Shown here one piece after another: positions 18,683 through 27,320 of a stretch of DNA of 64,000 nt; within the stretch, counting starts at the first letter, position 1, and every line of letters starts with the position of its first letter. Source of the DNA: an uncultured Chlamydiae bacterium (GTDB lineage Bacteria > Chlamydiota > Chlamydiia > Chlamydiales > SM23-39). The notes beneath the pieces were generated by a model. That model ran no database searches. It was not told the origin of the DNA and was given only the letters and a program-made list of their open reading frames with translations. The stretch covers positions 1,536,001 to 1,600,000 of the forward strand of contig CAWHDP010000002.1 of NCBI GenBank assembly GCA_963828125.1, in the 5' to 3' direction. The translations under genes were made by a program, and so were the position numbers.

Positions 18683-19581
18683 AGGGTGGAGATGGTTTTA
18701 ACTATTGCGGGGAGCTCGAGGCGGGGAATATTTTATTTTTTCCGTCGATCCCCTTCTCCTTTCCTCAAGAAGAGATCGATTTTCTCCTCAAACAGAAACA
18801 AGGAGGCTCGGCCGCCCGCAAAAATATCGCCTATAAGCCTCAGATCGACCGGATTACGAATCACGACGCCTCCGACCCGATCGCCGCCAGAAGGCTCAAG
18901 GAGATTTTAAAAAATTATTCTCAGCGAGTGACCGAGTATTTATCCGGTCTTCTATTCCCCTATGCCAAAGATTGGAGACACGATTTTGCCAGTTTTAGAC
19001 CTTTTCAGGAGAAGGGGCGAAAACTGAGACTGAGGGCGCGGAACGATCTTCTCCATGTCGACGCTTTTCCGACCCGTCCCCTTCATGGATCGAGGATTTT
19101 CCGTTTTTTCACAAACATCAACCCGGTGGAAGAGCGGCATTGGGTCACCTCCGACGGTTTCGAGGAGCTCGCTAAGAGCTATGCATCAACTGTGGTCATT
19201 CCCCCCTCGACTGGCTACGGCCTCATCAACCGCCTTCAGAGGAAAATGAAGCTCCTCGCCAGCTCCGTCGGCCTCAAAATACCCCTCCGCTCCCCTTACG
19301 ATAGCTTTATGCTCAACATGCACAATTTCCTCAAAGAGAATGGGGAGTTTCAACGGCAGTGCCGTAAAGACCATTGGAAATTCCCTCCCGGGTCTTGCTG
19401 GGCTGTTTTTACCGATCAAGTCTCCCACGCTGCCCTTGCGGGCCAATACGCCCTTGAGCAGACCTTCATTGTGCCCCAGAAAGCGCTCCTTTTTCCAGAA
19501 AGATCGCCTGCCTCTGTCCTAGAGAGGATGTCGGGGCGCAATTTGATCGATCATCAATTTTTGACTGGACAATTTCCATGA
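18661..19581 (+). CDS. kdoO: Kdo hydroxylase family (KdoO-like dioxygenase)
   Basis: LLHVDAFPTRP, RFFTNINP, YDSFMLNMHNFLK and FTDQVSHAALAGQYALEQT motifs. Confidence 0.85.
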   Translation: MAKKIIVEGGDGFNYCGELEAGNILFFPSIPFSFPQEEIDFLLKQKQGGSAARKNIAYKPQIDRITNHDASDPIAARRLKEILKNYSQRVTEYLSGLLFPYAKDWRHDFASFRPFQEKGRKLRLRARNDLLHVDAFPTRPLHGSRIFRFFTNINPVEERHWVTSDGFEELAKSYASTVVIPPSTGYGLINRLQRKMKLLASSVGLKIPLRSPYDSFMLNMHNFLKENGEFQRQCRKDHWKFPPGSCWAVFTDQVSHAALAGQYALEQTFIVPQKALLFPERSPASVLERMSGRNLIDHQFLTGQFP

Positions 19582-20780
19582 AAAAAATTTGGATTTCTCT
19601 CCTTCTCTTAGCGATAACCGGTGGAATTTTTGTTCAGTGGAAGAAGACCAAAATCTATCTCAAAGAAGAGACGATGCTCCGTCATTTAAAGAGGGAGCCT
19701 TTTTTAAATAAGCCGCCGGCGCCCTGGATGTTGGAGCAGATCGAGGACGATTTTCAGGGGATCGGGGAGATTTCAATGGCTGCGATCGACGCCGCTTTTG
19801 CGGAAGTGAAGCATCTGACCCCTTGGGTCGTTAGATACAGAATTATGGATAACGAATTATATCGTTATTTTGTTGAGGGGGAACCGATTACTTTGAAGGA
19901 TAATAGCACAGAAAAAGCGATCAAAACGTTGATGCAGAAAACCTGTTTTCCCGACATGGATTTTCTCATCTCTTATTTGGATCCGTTTCCCTTTCTTCCC
20001 TATCCATTAAACGCCCCCATTCTCGTTTCAGCGAAATTAAAAAATGTCCCAAACGGAATCCTCATTCCCGATTGGCGATCGATCGGTCATTGGTGGATGT
20101 CCGATATCAAAGCGGTGCTCAAAGCCCGGATCCCCTGGTCAATGAAAAAGCCATTTGCCATTTGGCGCGGCTCGTTCACCAAAGCGATCCGGGAAAAGCT
20201 GTGCCAACTCTCATTTGAGCATCCAGACCAGCTCGATGCGCGTCTCAATCAGTGTCCTGCAAATAAAGAACAATATAGGGGGGAAAGGTGTTCATGGGAT
20301 GATTTTTTGGCCTGCAAGTATCTCCCTTATGTCGATGGAGTGATGTGTGCAGCCCCGGCCCTACAGTGGCGGCTCCTCTCCGGTTCGCTTACCTTCAAAC
20401 CCGACTCAGAAGAGATCCAATGGTTCTACCGCGCCCTTGAACCCTACGTCCATTTCGTTCCGCTCAAAAGCGACCTATCCGATCTCATTGAACAGCTTAA
20501 GTGGGCTCAATCACACGATTCTCTCTGCCAAGAGATGGCAGACAAAGCCGCCCTTTTCGCTTATGACAATCTACTATATGGAGACGTGCTCCATTACACA
20601 TCTCTCGTCCTCAAACGATATGCAACTTCCCAACAAATCGATTCCGTCACTCTCAGACGAGAGATTGACGGCGATCCTCATTGGGTGAATATCCAATATA
20701 GATCCTCCATTCGGGATCAGGCCGAAAAGTGCAAGGATCAGAGTGTAAAGTTTTGCGCTGAATCAACCCCTCCTAATTAA
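19578..20780 (+). CDS. glycosyltransferase family 90 (CAP10/POGLUT-like)
   Basis: N-terminal anchor; PDMDF, WRGS, KY..YVDG and WFYRALEPYVHFVP..DLSDL motifs. Confidence 0.85.
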   Translation: MKKIWISLLLLAITGGIFVQWKKTKIYLKEETMLRHLKREPFLNKPPAPWMLEQIEDDFQGIGEISMAAIDAAFAEVKHLTPWVVRYRIMDNELYRYFVEGEPITLKDNSTEKAIKTLMQKTCFPDMDFLISYLDPFPFLPYPLNAPILVSAKLKNVPNGILIPDWRSIGHWWMSDIKAVLKARIPWSMKKPFAIWRGSFTKAIREKLCQLSFEHPDQLDARLNQCPANKEQYRGERCSWDDFLACKYLPYVDGVMCAAPALQWRLLSGSLTFKPDSEEIQWFYRALEPYVHFVPLKSDLSDLIEQLKWAQSHDSLCQEMADKAALFAYDNLLYGDVLHYTSLVLKRYATSQQIDSVTLRREIDGDPHWVNIQYRSSIRDQAEKCKDQSVKFCAESTPPN

Positions 20781-20830
20781 CAACAGGATCCAAATCCAAG
20801 TGATGGGCCAATGCTCAGTTTAAAAGAGCT

Positions 20831-20862
20831 TTTTCTCGCGTCTGTGTGAGAAATGCGGGCTA
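20831..20862 (-). repeat. 32-bp dispersed repeat, copy 1; contains the TAG stop of the GH18 gene
   Basis: TTTTCTCGCGTCTGTGTGAGAAATGCGGGCTA is 30/32 identical to 25532-25563. Confidence 0.85.
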
Positions 20863-21759
20863 ATTGTGAGTCGGATGGTAGCGGTTCCAGATATCTTCTG
20901 CATAGCCGTTTTCAGTATTTGGATCCATGCCAGGATCCCATGCCCACATGCAGGAGCTATATCCTTGGCTGGCGGCCCACTGGGCCATTTGATCATAATC
21001 GTAGGCGCCCGACGTTGGATCGATCCCTACGCTGATTTGAGCGGGTTCGAATCCGTAATTGGTTTTGGCCCAATTCGCCCATTGAGTGATCCAGTTTTCC
21101 TCATCGCTGAGACTGCTTGTATAAGACATAATGTAGAGTCGATCGATCGGGCAGGCGCCTCCGTAGCTTTCTTGCGCTGCTTGGAAAATCCTCTGTAAAG
21201 GAACCTCCCAACCGTACTGCCCCCCGAATCCCGCATTAGTGCAAATGCTCGTTTGAAAGCTGGGGTCTTGTTTTTTGTATTCGGCAATCAATTGGCCCAC
21301 TGCCTGTTCCTGATTCATCATGGCCTGGGAATTGGGGTCGTTGCTATCTTCTTCATAGTCAAAGTCGATCCCGTCGATCCCATATTCATGACAAAAGCTC
21401 GCCATACCGGCTGCAAATCCTTGGATGGCCGTTGGATTGGCCGTCCCATCTGGATTCATCAATTGATCCCACGTGTTATTGTAGACCGTCTGTCCGCCGG
21501 CGCCGCCTAAGGAGACTTTCACTGCGATCGGAGGGACATGGTTGTGGCATTCCTCAATGAAGGTTTTGAGCTGATTGACCTGGAGGGAATTGAGTCCATC
21601 GATTGTGTACTGCCCGTTGACGATATCGAGCTTCCCCTCAAAGAGATTGACGCAGTTGACCCCTTCCGGGATAGGATCTGTCCAGCTCCGGTAATCGAGA
21701 TACCAAGTGCCATTTTCAATTTTATAACCGCCATCACTTGAACCGACCGGGTCAGCCAT
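20860..21759 (-). CDS. glycoside hydrolase family 18 (chitinase-like)
   Basis: SLGG and an intact DGIDFDYE (DxxDxDxE) motif, C-terminal WAW; GGAG RBS. Confidence 0.85.
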   Translation of the reverse strand: MADPVGSSDGGYKIENGTWYLDYRSWTDPIPEGVNCVNLFEGKLDIVNGQYTIDGLNSLQVNQLKTFIEECHNHVPPIAVKVSLGGAGGQTVYNNTWDQLMNPDGTANPTAIQGFAAGMASFCHEYGIDGIDFDYEEDSNDPNSQAMMNQEQAVGQLIAEYKKQDPSFQTSICTNAGFGGQYGWEVPLQRIFQAAQESYGGACPIDRLYIMSYTSSLSDEENWITQWANWAKTNYGFEPAQISVGIDPTSGAYDYDQMAQWAASQGYSSCMWAWDPGMDPNTENGYAEDIWNRYHPTHN

Positions 21760-21892
21760 TTCATTTCTCCATGTTATTATTAATCACTATTTTATTTCAT
21801 TTAACATAAAATGTAAAACATTTTTTTGTCCATGTAATAATTAACTTAACTATTCTGTGAACCATTAGAAATACTAAGTTGTTGAGTTAGAG

Positions 21893-22565
21893 GAGCATAT
21901 CTTTAGATAGAACATAAAATCTTTATATGACATCATGTCCACTTACTTTACAGGAGGTGGGCTATGGGTAAATTTATAGGACTGAACGATCAAGAATGGG
22001 CTGTTGTAGAGCCATTCATACCCTATAAATGGGGGATTACTTTCAGAGGTAAGCAACCGCTTCATCCAAGAAAAATTCTGAACACCCTGATTTGGATATT
22101 GACGACGGGGGCCCGCTGGTGTGATGTGCCAGTCGGTGATCAATGGGCTTCCAGAGCCTGCGCTCATAAATACTTGGGAGAGTGGAAAAAAACGGAATTT
22201 TAGAACGCATTCTTACTGCATTAGAGGGGGTTTGCGTCGAATGGAAAATGGTTGATTTAACTCGATTGGCGATCGATGGATTTTTCTCTCCCGGGAAAGG
22301 AGGTGGAGAAAAAGTAGACTATGGATACAAGGGGAAGGGAATGACTACTCATCTCCTTGTTGACGGTCTTGGGCAACCTCTTAAGGCTACGAGTACGGGG
22401 GCCTCTGGCGACGAACGCAAGGAAGTGATTCCGCTGTTAAAAAAAAATCAGCGGATGGTTAAAACCAATTATTTCCCAAGGGATAACGCCAATCGTAGAG
22501 GCCGATAAGGGGTATGATGCAGAGGAATTGCGGCTGCAAATTATTAAGTAACTGAAGATAGGTTC
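21893..22565 (+). mobile_element. IS5-family insertion sequence, internally truncated
   Basis: Imperfect TIRs GAGCATATCTTTAG and CTGAAGATAGGTTC (11/14), flanked on both sides by AGAG (candidate 4-bp TSD). Contains transposase fragments. Confidence 0.8.
21964..22551 (+). pseudogene. IS5-family transposase, frameshifted and truncated
   Basis: Frame 1 has LNDQEW...TGARW; frame 2 has LAIDG...KGKG.TTHLLVD..G.P; frame 3 has ADKGYD then a stop. Shifts fall in A7 and A9 runs, and the C-terminal catalytic Glu region is missing. Confidence 0.88.
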
Positions 22566-22623
22566 AGAGGATCGGGTACGCGGGCTCGTTATCTGCTTCA
22601 GAGGTTGGCGCCCCATCATATTT

Positions 22624-22653
22624 TATACTGCGGCCACCCCAAAAGTGTGAATT
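22624..22653. repeat. partial copy (one arm + loop) of the 48-bp palindromic element
   Basis: TATACTGCGGCCACCCCAAAAGTGTGAATT, 17 bp upstream of the mutY ATG. Confidence 0.85.
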
Positions 22654-22670
22654 ATGTTATAACAAAAGGC

Positions 22671-23669
22671 ATGCGAAGCTTAAAAAGTTGGTTTTTGGAG
22701 AACCGGAGGGAATTCCCTTGGCGGGTCGATGTGACGCCGTACAAGGTGTGGATTTCCGAGGTGATGCTGCAACAGACGCGGGCGTCGGTTGTCATTCCCT
22801 ATTTTGTGCGGTGGATGGAGCGATTTCCCGATGTAGAGGCGTTAGCAGCGGCGAGCGTTGAGCGGGTGATCAAGGCATGGGAGGGACTTGGCTATTATAG
22901 CCGGGCGCGCAATCTCCATTCGGGGGCGCGGCAGGTTGTTGAGAGGTTTGGCGGGAAAATCCCGTCGACTTGGGGGGAGCTGGAGACGATTCGGGGGGTG
23001 GGGCCTTATACGATCGGTGCGATATTGAGTTTTGGGTTTAAGAAGAGAGCGGCGGCGGTCGATGGGAATGTGACGCGTGTGCTGGCCCGCTACTTTTTGA
23101 TCCAGGAGAATGTTTGCAAGCAGGCGGTGAAGAGGCGGATTGCTCGGGAAGCGGAGGCGATATTAGACGTCGATGAGCCGTGGATTACGGCTGAGGCTCT
23201 CATTGAGCTGGGGGCGACAGTTTGTACGCCGAGGCCGCGCTGTTCGGTATGCCCTTTGGAAAGGGAGTGCCGCGGAAAAGAGAGGGCCGAGTCGCTGCCG
23301 ATTAAAAATAGGGAAAAAGAGACGGTTTTATTGAAGCGGGCGGTGATCTGGCTGGAGGCGGGAGGGAAAGTATTGGTGAAAAAAGGGGAAAAGGGGAAAG
23401 TGATGGAGGATCTCTATGAATTTCCCTATTTTGAGATGGGATCGATGAGTGAAATTGGTTTGAGAGTTAGAGAGGCTTTTGGCGAGGCTGAATGGGTGGA
23501 AAGGCTCCCTTTAATCACCCATACATTCACCCGGTACAAGGCTGAATTGACCCCGTTTCGATTTCGGGCTTTAGCGCCTCGGGAGAAAAAAGGGTATCAG
23601 TGGGTGGATCGGGGCTCATTAGCGGAGCTCCCCTTTTCGTCGGGCCACCGGAGGATTTTATCCTTATGA
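22671..23669 (+). CDS. mutY: A/G-specific adenine glycosylase
   Basis: VWISEVMLQQT, WEGLGYYSRARN, HhH GVGPYT, VDGNV and CX6CX2CX5C motifs. Start at MRSLKSW. Confidence 0.95.
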   Translation: MRSLKSWFLENRREFPWRVDVTPYKVWISEVMLQQTRASVVIPYFVRWMERFPDVEALAAASVERVIKAWEGLGYYSRARNLHSGARQVVERFGGKIPSTWGELETIRGVGPYTIGAILSFGFKKRAAAVDGNVTRVLARYFLIQENVCKQAVKRRIAREAEAILDVDEPWITAEALIELGATVCTPRPRCSVCPLERECRGKERAESLPIKNREKETVLLKRAVIWLEAGGKVLVKKGEKGKVMEDLYEFPYFEMGSMSEIGLRVREAFGEAEWVERLPLITHTFTRYKAELTPFRFRALAPREKKGYQWVDRGSLAELPFSSGHRRILSL

Positions 23670-24775
23670 ACATTCTCCATTTAGAGGCCTCTCCGGGTTG
23701 GGGCGGGCAAGAGATGCGGATTCTCCGCGAGGCGGAGGGGATGCGGCAGCGGGGCCATACGGTGATCTTAGCTGTGATGAGGGGTGGCGGTTTAGTCGGG
23801 AAAGCCCGCGAGGCGGGATTCGTTGTCTACGAATTGAATTTCCATAAAAGGGGCTGGTTTCTCTCTCTCTTCCAACTCCTCCAGATCTTCCGGCGCCACC
23901 GGATCGATCTCGTTAACACTCATTCGTCTCTCGATAGCTGGATCGGCGGGATCGCCGCTCGCCTTGCTCGGAAAACGATTGTCCGGACGCGCCATCTCTC
24001 GACACCAATTAAAGGGGGATTAAATAGCCGGCTTCTCTATGGAAAGCTCTCCGATTTTGTCGTGACAACGTGCGCCTCGATTTTGCCGATGGTCATCGAG
24101 CAATCGGGTAAACCGGCTTGCCGATGCCGCTCGATTGCGACCGGGGTCGATCCTCGTCAAATTCAGGTTCAGGGCGACGAGATCACAGCTTTTCGGGAAG
24201 CTCTGGGCATGGCTCCTGAAGTCTTTCTCGTGGGGACGGCCTGTTTTATGCGCTCTTGGAAAGGGGTCGATGATCTCCTCAAAGCGGCGGATCTCCTTCG
24301 GGGCGTCCCGCAATTGAAATGGGTCGTCATTGGCGGCGGACATGCCGAACGGCATAAACGGCTTGCGGCTGAATTGAAATTGGAAGAGATCGTCACATTT
24401 ACCGGACATCTCGAGCGCCCTTTCCCCGCCCTTGCGGCCCTTGATCTCTTCACCCTCCTGAGTACGGCGCATGAGGGGGTATCTCAAGCGATTTTGCAGG
24501 CGGCCTACTTAGGTAAACCTCTCCTTTCGACTCGGATCGGAGGCCTCTCCGAGGTCTGTGTCGATCAAGTCACTGGCATTAACGTCTCTCCTTTTGCCCC
24601 GCAAGAGGTGGCTGAAGGGGTGCTCCGGCTCAAAGAAAATAAAGGCATGCGGGAGCAATTCGGAGAGAGCGCCCACCGGTTAGTGGCGGATCGATTTACT
24701 TTGAACCATACGCTGGATCAGATGGAAGAGGTATATCGACATCTCTCTTCCAAAAATGTGATTCGAACCGTATAA
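23666..24775 (+). CDS. glycosyltransferase family 4
   Basis: GWGGQE, NTHSS.D, RTRH and HEGVSQAILQA motifs. ATGA overlap with mutY. Confidence 0.9.
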   Translation: MNILHLEASPGWGGQEMRILREAEGMRQRGHTVILAVMRGGGLVGKAREAGFVVYELNFHKRGWFLSLFQLLQIFRRHRIDLVNTHSSLDSWIGGIAARLARKTIVRTRHLSTPIKGGLNSRLLYGKLSDFVVTTCASILPMVIEQSGKPACRCRSIATGVDPRQIQVQGDEITAFREALGMAPEVFLVGTACFMRSWKGVDDLLKAADLLRGVPQLKWVVIGGGHAERHKRLAAELKLEEIVTFTGHLERPFPALAALDLFTLLSTAHEGVSQAILQAAYLGKPLLSTRIGGLSEVCVDQVTGINVSPFAPQEVAEGVLRLKENKGMREQFGESAHRLVADRFTLNHTLDQMEEVYRHLSSKNVIRTV

Positions 24776-24803
24776 TCCTAAATTTGCAACTTCAAAGGCA
24801 GTT

Positions 24804-25481
24804 ATGATGTCGGAAACGGCCCACTGGATCTTAAATTTATCTGAACGAAAAAAACAGATCGCGGTCGGAACGGCGTCGGTCATAGCGGGGGCGGCCCTCC
24901 TCATCGGTTATTTTCAGTCGGGGCCTAGCGCCCTCAGTTATGCGGCGGCAGAAGCTGCGTTTGACCGTTGGGATGCTTCGCCTGCAGACGATCTGCTCTA
25001 CAAAAGCATGCGGGAGACGATCCGCAGAGTGCCAGCTCTGCAGAGTAAATATGAGGCGGCGATCGCGCAGAAGCTGCTCAATACAGACAAGATCAATGAG
25101 GCCCTTGTCATGGCTAACCGCGCCTTGAACCGGGTTCAGGAGGAGGTCCCTTTCCACGCTACCTATGCCAAAACGAGCCTTCTTATTGAACAGGGGAGCT
25201 TTCAGCAGGCCCTTGAAAATGCGGTGGCCCTCAAAGAGCAGATGGGATCCTCTTTTCTCACTGAGCCTAAAGGGGGCTCGCTCCTTTATGTCCACAATTT
25301 GCTTCGGATCGCCTGTCTGCAGCAAGAGTTGAAGAACCGGCCTGGCGAAAGGTCTGCTTGGGAAGAGCTTTCCTGTTTTCTCCAAACGGAGACAAGACTG
25401 GCCCAGACGCTCCTAGAGAGTTTTTCTGAAAAACAGGTGAATCTCAACCAATATATCGCCGAGCGAAAAAAACTCCTCTAG
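24804..25481 (+). CDS. hypothetical membrane-anchored helical (TPR-like) protein
   Basis: 225-aa ORF with an N-terminal TM followed by a helical domain. Confidence 0.7.
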   Translation: MMSETAHWILNLSERKKQIAVGTASVIAGAALLIGYFQSGPSALSYAAAEAAFDRWDASPADDLLYKSMRETIRRVPALQSKYEAAIAQKLLNTDKINEALVMANRALNRVQEEVPFHATYAKTSLLIEQGSFQQALENAVALKEQMGSSFLTEPKGGSLLYVHNLLRIACLQQELKNRPGERSAWEELSCFLQTETRLAQTLLESFSEKQVNLNQYIAERKKLL

Positions 25482-25531
25482 TTTATAGCTTCCTCGCGAT
25501 TTGCAAAATCTGGCGTAACATCTTGAGCGCC

Positions 25532-25563
25532 TTTTCTCGCGTCTGTGTGAAACATGCGGGCTA
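25532..25563 (-). repeat. 32-bp dispersed repeat, copy 2; contains the TAG stop of the adjacent gene
   Basis: TTTTCTCGCGTCTGTGTGAAACATGCGGGCTA. Confidence 0.85.
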
Positions 25564-26007
25564 ATCGTGTTCGCTCTCGCCGTCGCTATGGTGATGTTTG
25601 TGCGGCTTATTTTCATTGATGATCTGGGCGTGCCGGACATAATAATGGTACGACGTCCCCGCGAGAAGGCCCAAGCAGCCAAATAAAACAAATGGGATGA
25701 ATAGGGCGACTACGATATTCACAATGCCCAGGATCATCTGCGTCATCTTCTCTTGCTGCGAGGCAAAACTATAATACTGCTTCAATGTCCTCTCAATGGG
25801 CGCTGGAAAAAAAATCCCGAGAATCATCCCAAGCGCAATAAAACTAATGGTCATCTTAGGGCCTGTGAAAAAATCATACATACTTGAAACAGAGCCGATT
25901 AAAATAGCCAGGACGCTAAATACCTCGGTTGCATATTTCCTCGCGAAATCCTCTACTTCTTGGACAGAGACGCCCTCTTTCATTTTATTCATGAACCTTT
26001 TTACCAT
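25561..26007 (-). CDS. hypothetical membrane protein
   Basis: About four TM segments and a His-rich C-terminus. A GAGGAG RBS precedes ATG 26007. Confidence 0.75.
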   Translation of the reverse strand: MVKRFMNKMKEGVSVQEVEDFARKYATEVFSVLAILIGSVSSMYDFFTGPKMTISFIALGMILGIFFPAPIERTLKQYYSFASQQEKMTQMILGIVNIVVALFIPFVLFGCLGLLAGTSYHYYVRHAQIINENKPHKHHHSDGESEHD

Positions 26008-26135
26008 AAGACTCTCCTCATCCAAACAGGTATATAACCAGATTTAATACGATATTCTAATTATTTGCAATCATCGTTGAAGGTTCATTGATTTTTAAGG
26101 CCGATCGATCCATACTTCCCCTTTTGAAGGAATCT

Positions 26136-27320
26136 ATGGCTCGGCTCGGCATCACCCATTTCTATCCGGAGCGGATCGTTTGGATCGGCGCGGCCGTTTT
26201 AAGTCTGGGCGTTTTGTTGTGCATCCCCTTTTTGTGGAGCGCGAAGGTGGATCTCTCTCCGTTTGTATTCGTCCGGAAGAAGGAAAAGAAGAACGGCCCG
26301 TCCCCTTGCCAATTCTCCCTCGGGCTTAGCGGTCAGGGGCCCGGTTTGTCGATCCCCGATCTGAGAGACGAGATGACCTTCTCGTTCGATCCGCCAAGAC
26401 CGGATGGGGAGAGTCTTGGGAAACGGCTTTTAGTCCGGATGAAACAGAGCGCCGAATCGAAAAGGGTCGTTTTGCCTTGTAGGTTGGATCTTGAGTTTCA
26501 GGGGGATCTGCTGAAGTTTAGCAAGGAGAAATCCCTTTTCTGGGTCGACTTGGAGCTGACGGGAAATGGAGAGATTGAGGGGAAGGGGGCGATTGCGACT
26601 CTCGAGGGAGAGCGAATCGAGGCGGGGGGGTTCACGATATCTGGGGAGGAGTGTCCGATTCAAGGGGCGCAGGAATTTGCGGAGGGCTCCCCTTTCCGCT
26701 TACTGGCTGAGGCCCGCTGGTGGGGGCGCGATCAGTTTCGGGGGGACGCCGCATCGGGCGAGCGGATCGAGATTGGCGCAGATTTGATTGAGGTGCGCGA
26801 GGGCGATTGGCTCGTTTGGGAAAATGGGAAATGGGAGAAAAAAATTTCGTCCGAACGAGATAGCCCAATGGCCCGGATTCAATCGAGTTCGGCTAAGGCG
26901 ATTATTCTAGAGGGTTGGGAGTCAGATGGATATACGCGGATTGCGCTGAACTCTAGCATAGGCCCCCCTTTTAAGGTCAAGGGTGAAGATCTCTTCGGCT
27001 CACTCCGGGTTCGCTCCGAAAAGCAGATCAGTTGCACGCTCGAAAAACAGTGCATGGTCTTGAAAATGGGAGACTGGGTCTTGAAAATGGACGGTCGTTG
27101 GAAGATTTTGCGCAAAAAAGAGGAGAGAGACGCTTTTTTAAATGGGAAATTGTTCGGCGAATTGTTTATCCTAGAGCAAATTTCCCAACGGCAAGGACAG
27201 AAAATGATTCAAGGACGTCTTTTCAACCCCGGCAGAACTCAGGTGGTTTTGATTGAAATGGCAGCCCAATCGGGTCGAAAAATAGAACAAAAAGGGCAAC
27301 GCAAAGGAAAGTTGCAATGA
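26136..27320 (+). CDS. chlamydial-type hypothetical protein heading the T2SS operon
   Basis: N-terminal TM and ATGA overlap with gspD. A GAAGGA RBS precedes ATG 26136. Confidence 0.8.
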   Translation: MARLGITHFYPERIVWIGAAVLSLGVLLCIPFLWSAKVDLSPFVFVRKKEKKNGPSPCQFSLGLSGQGPGLSIPDLRDEMTFSFDPPRPDGESLGKRLLVRMKQSAESKRVVLPCRLDLEFQGDLLKFSKEKSLFWVDLELTGNGEIEGKGAIATLEGERIEAGGFTISGEECPIQGAQEFAEGSPFRLLAEARWWGRDQFRGDAASGERIEIGADLIEVREGDWLVWENGKWEKKISSERDSPMARIQSSSAKAIILEGWESDGYTRIALNSSIGPPFKVKGEDLFGSLRVRSEKQISCTLEKQCMVLKMGDWVLKMDGRWKILRKKEERDAFLNGKLFGELFILEQISQRQGQKMIQGRLFNPGRTQVVLIEMAAQSGRKIEQKGQRKGKLQ

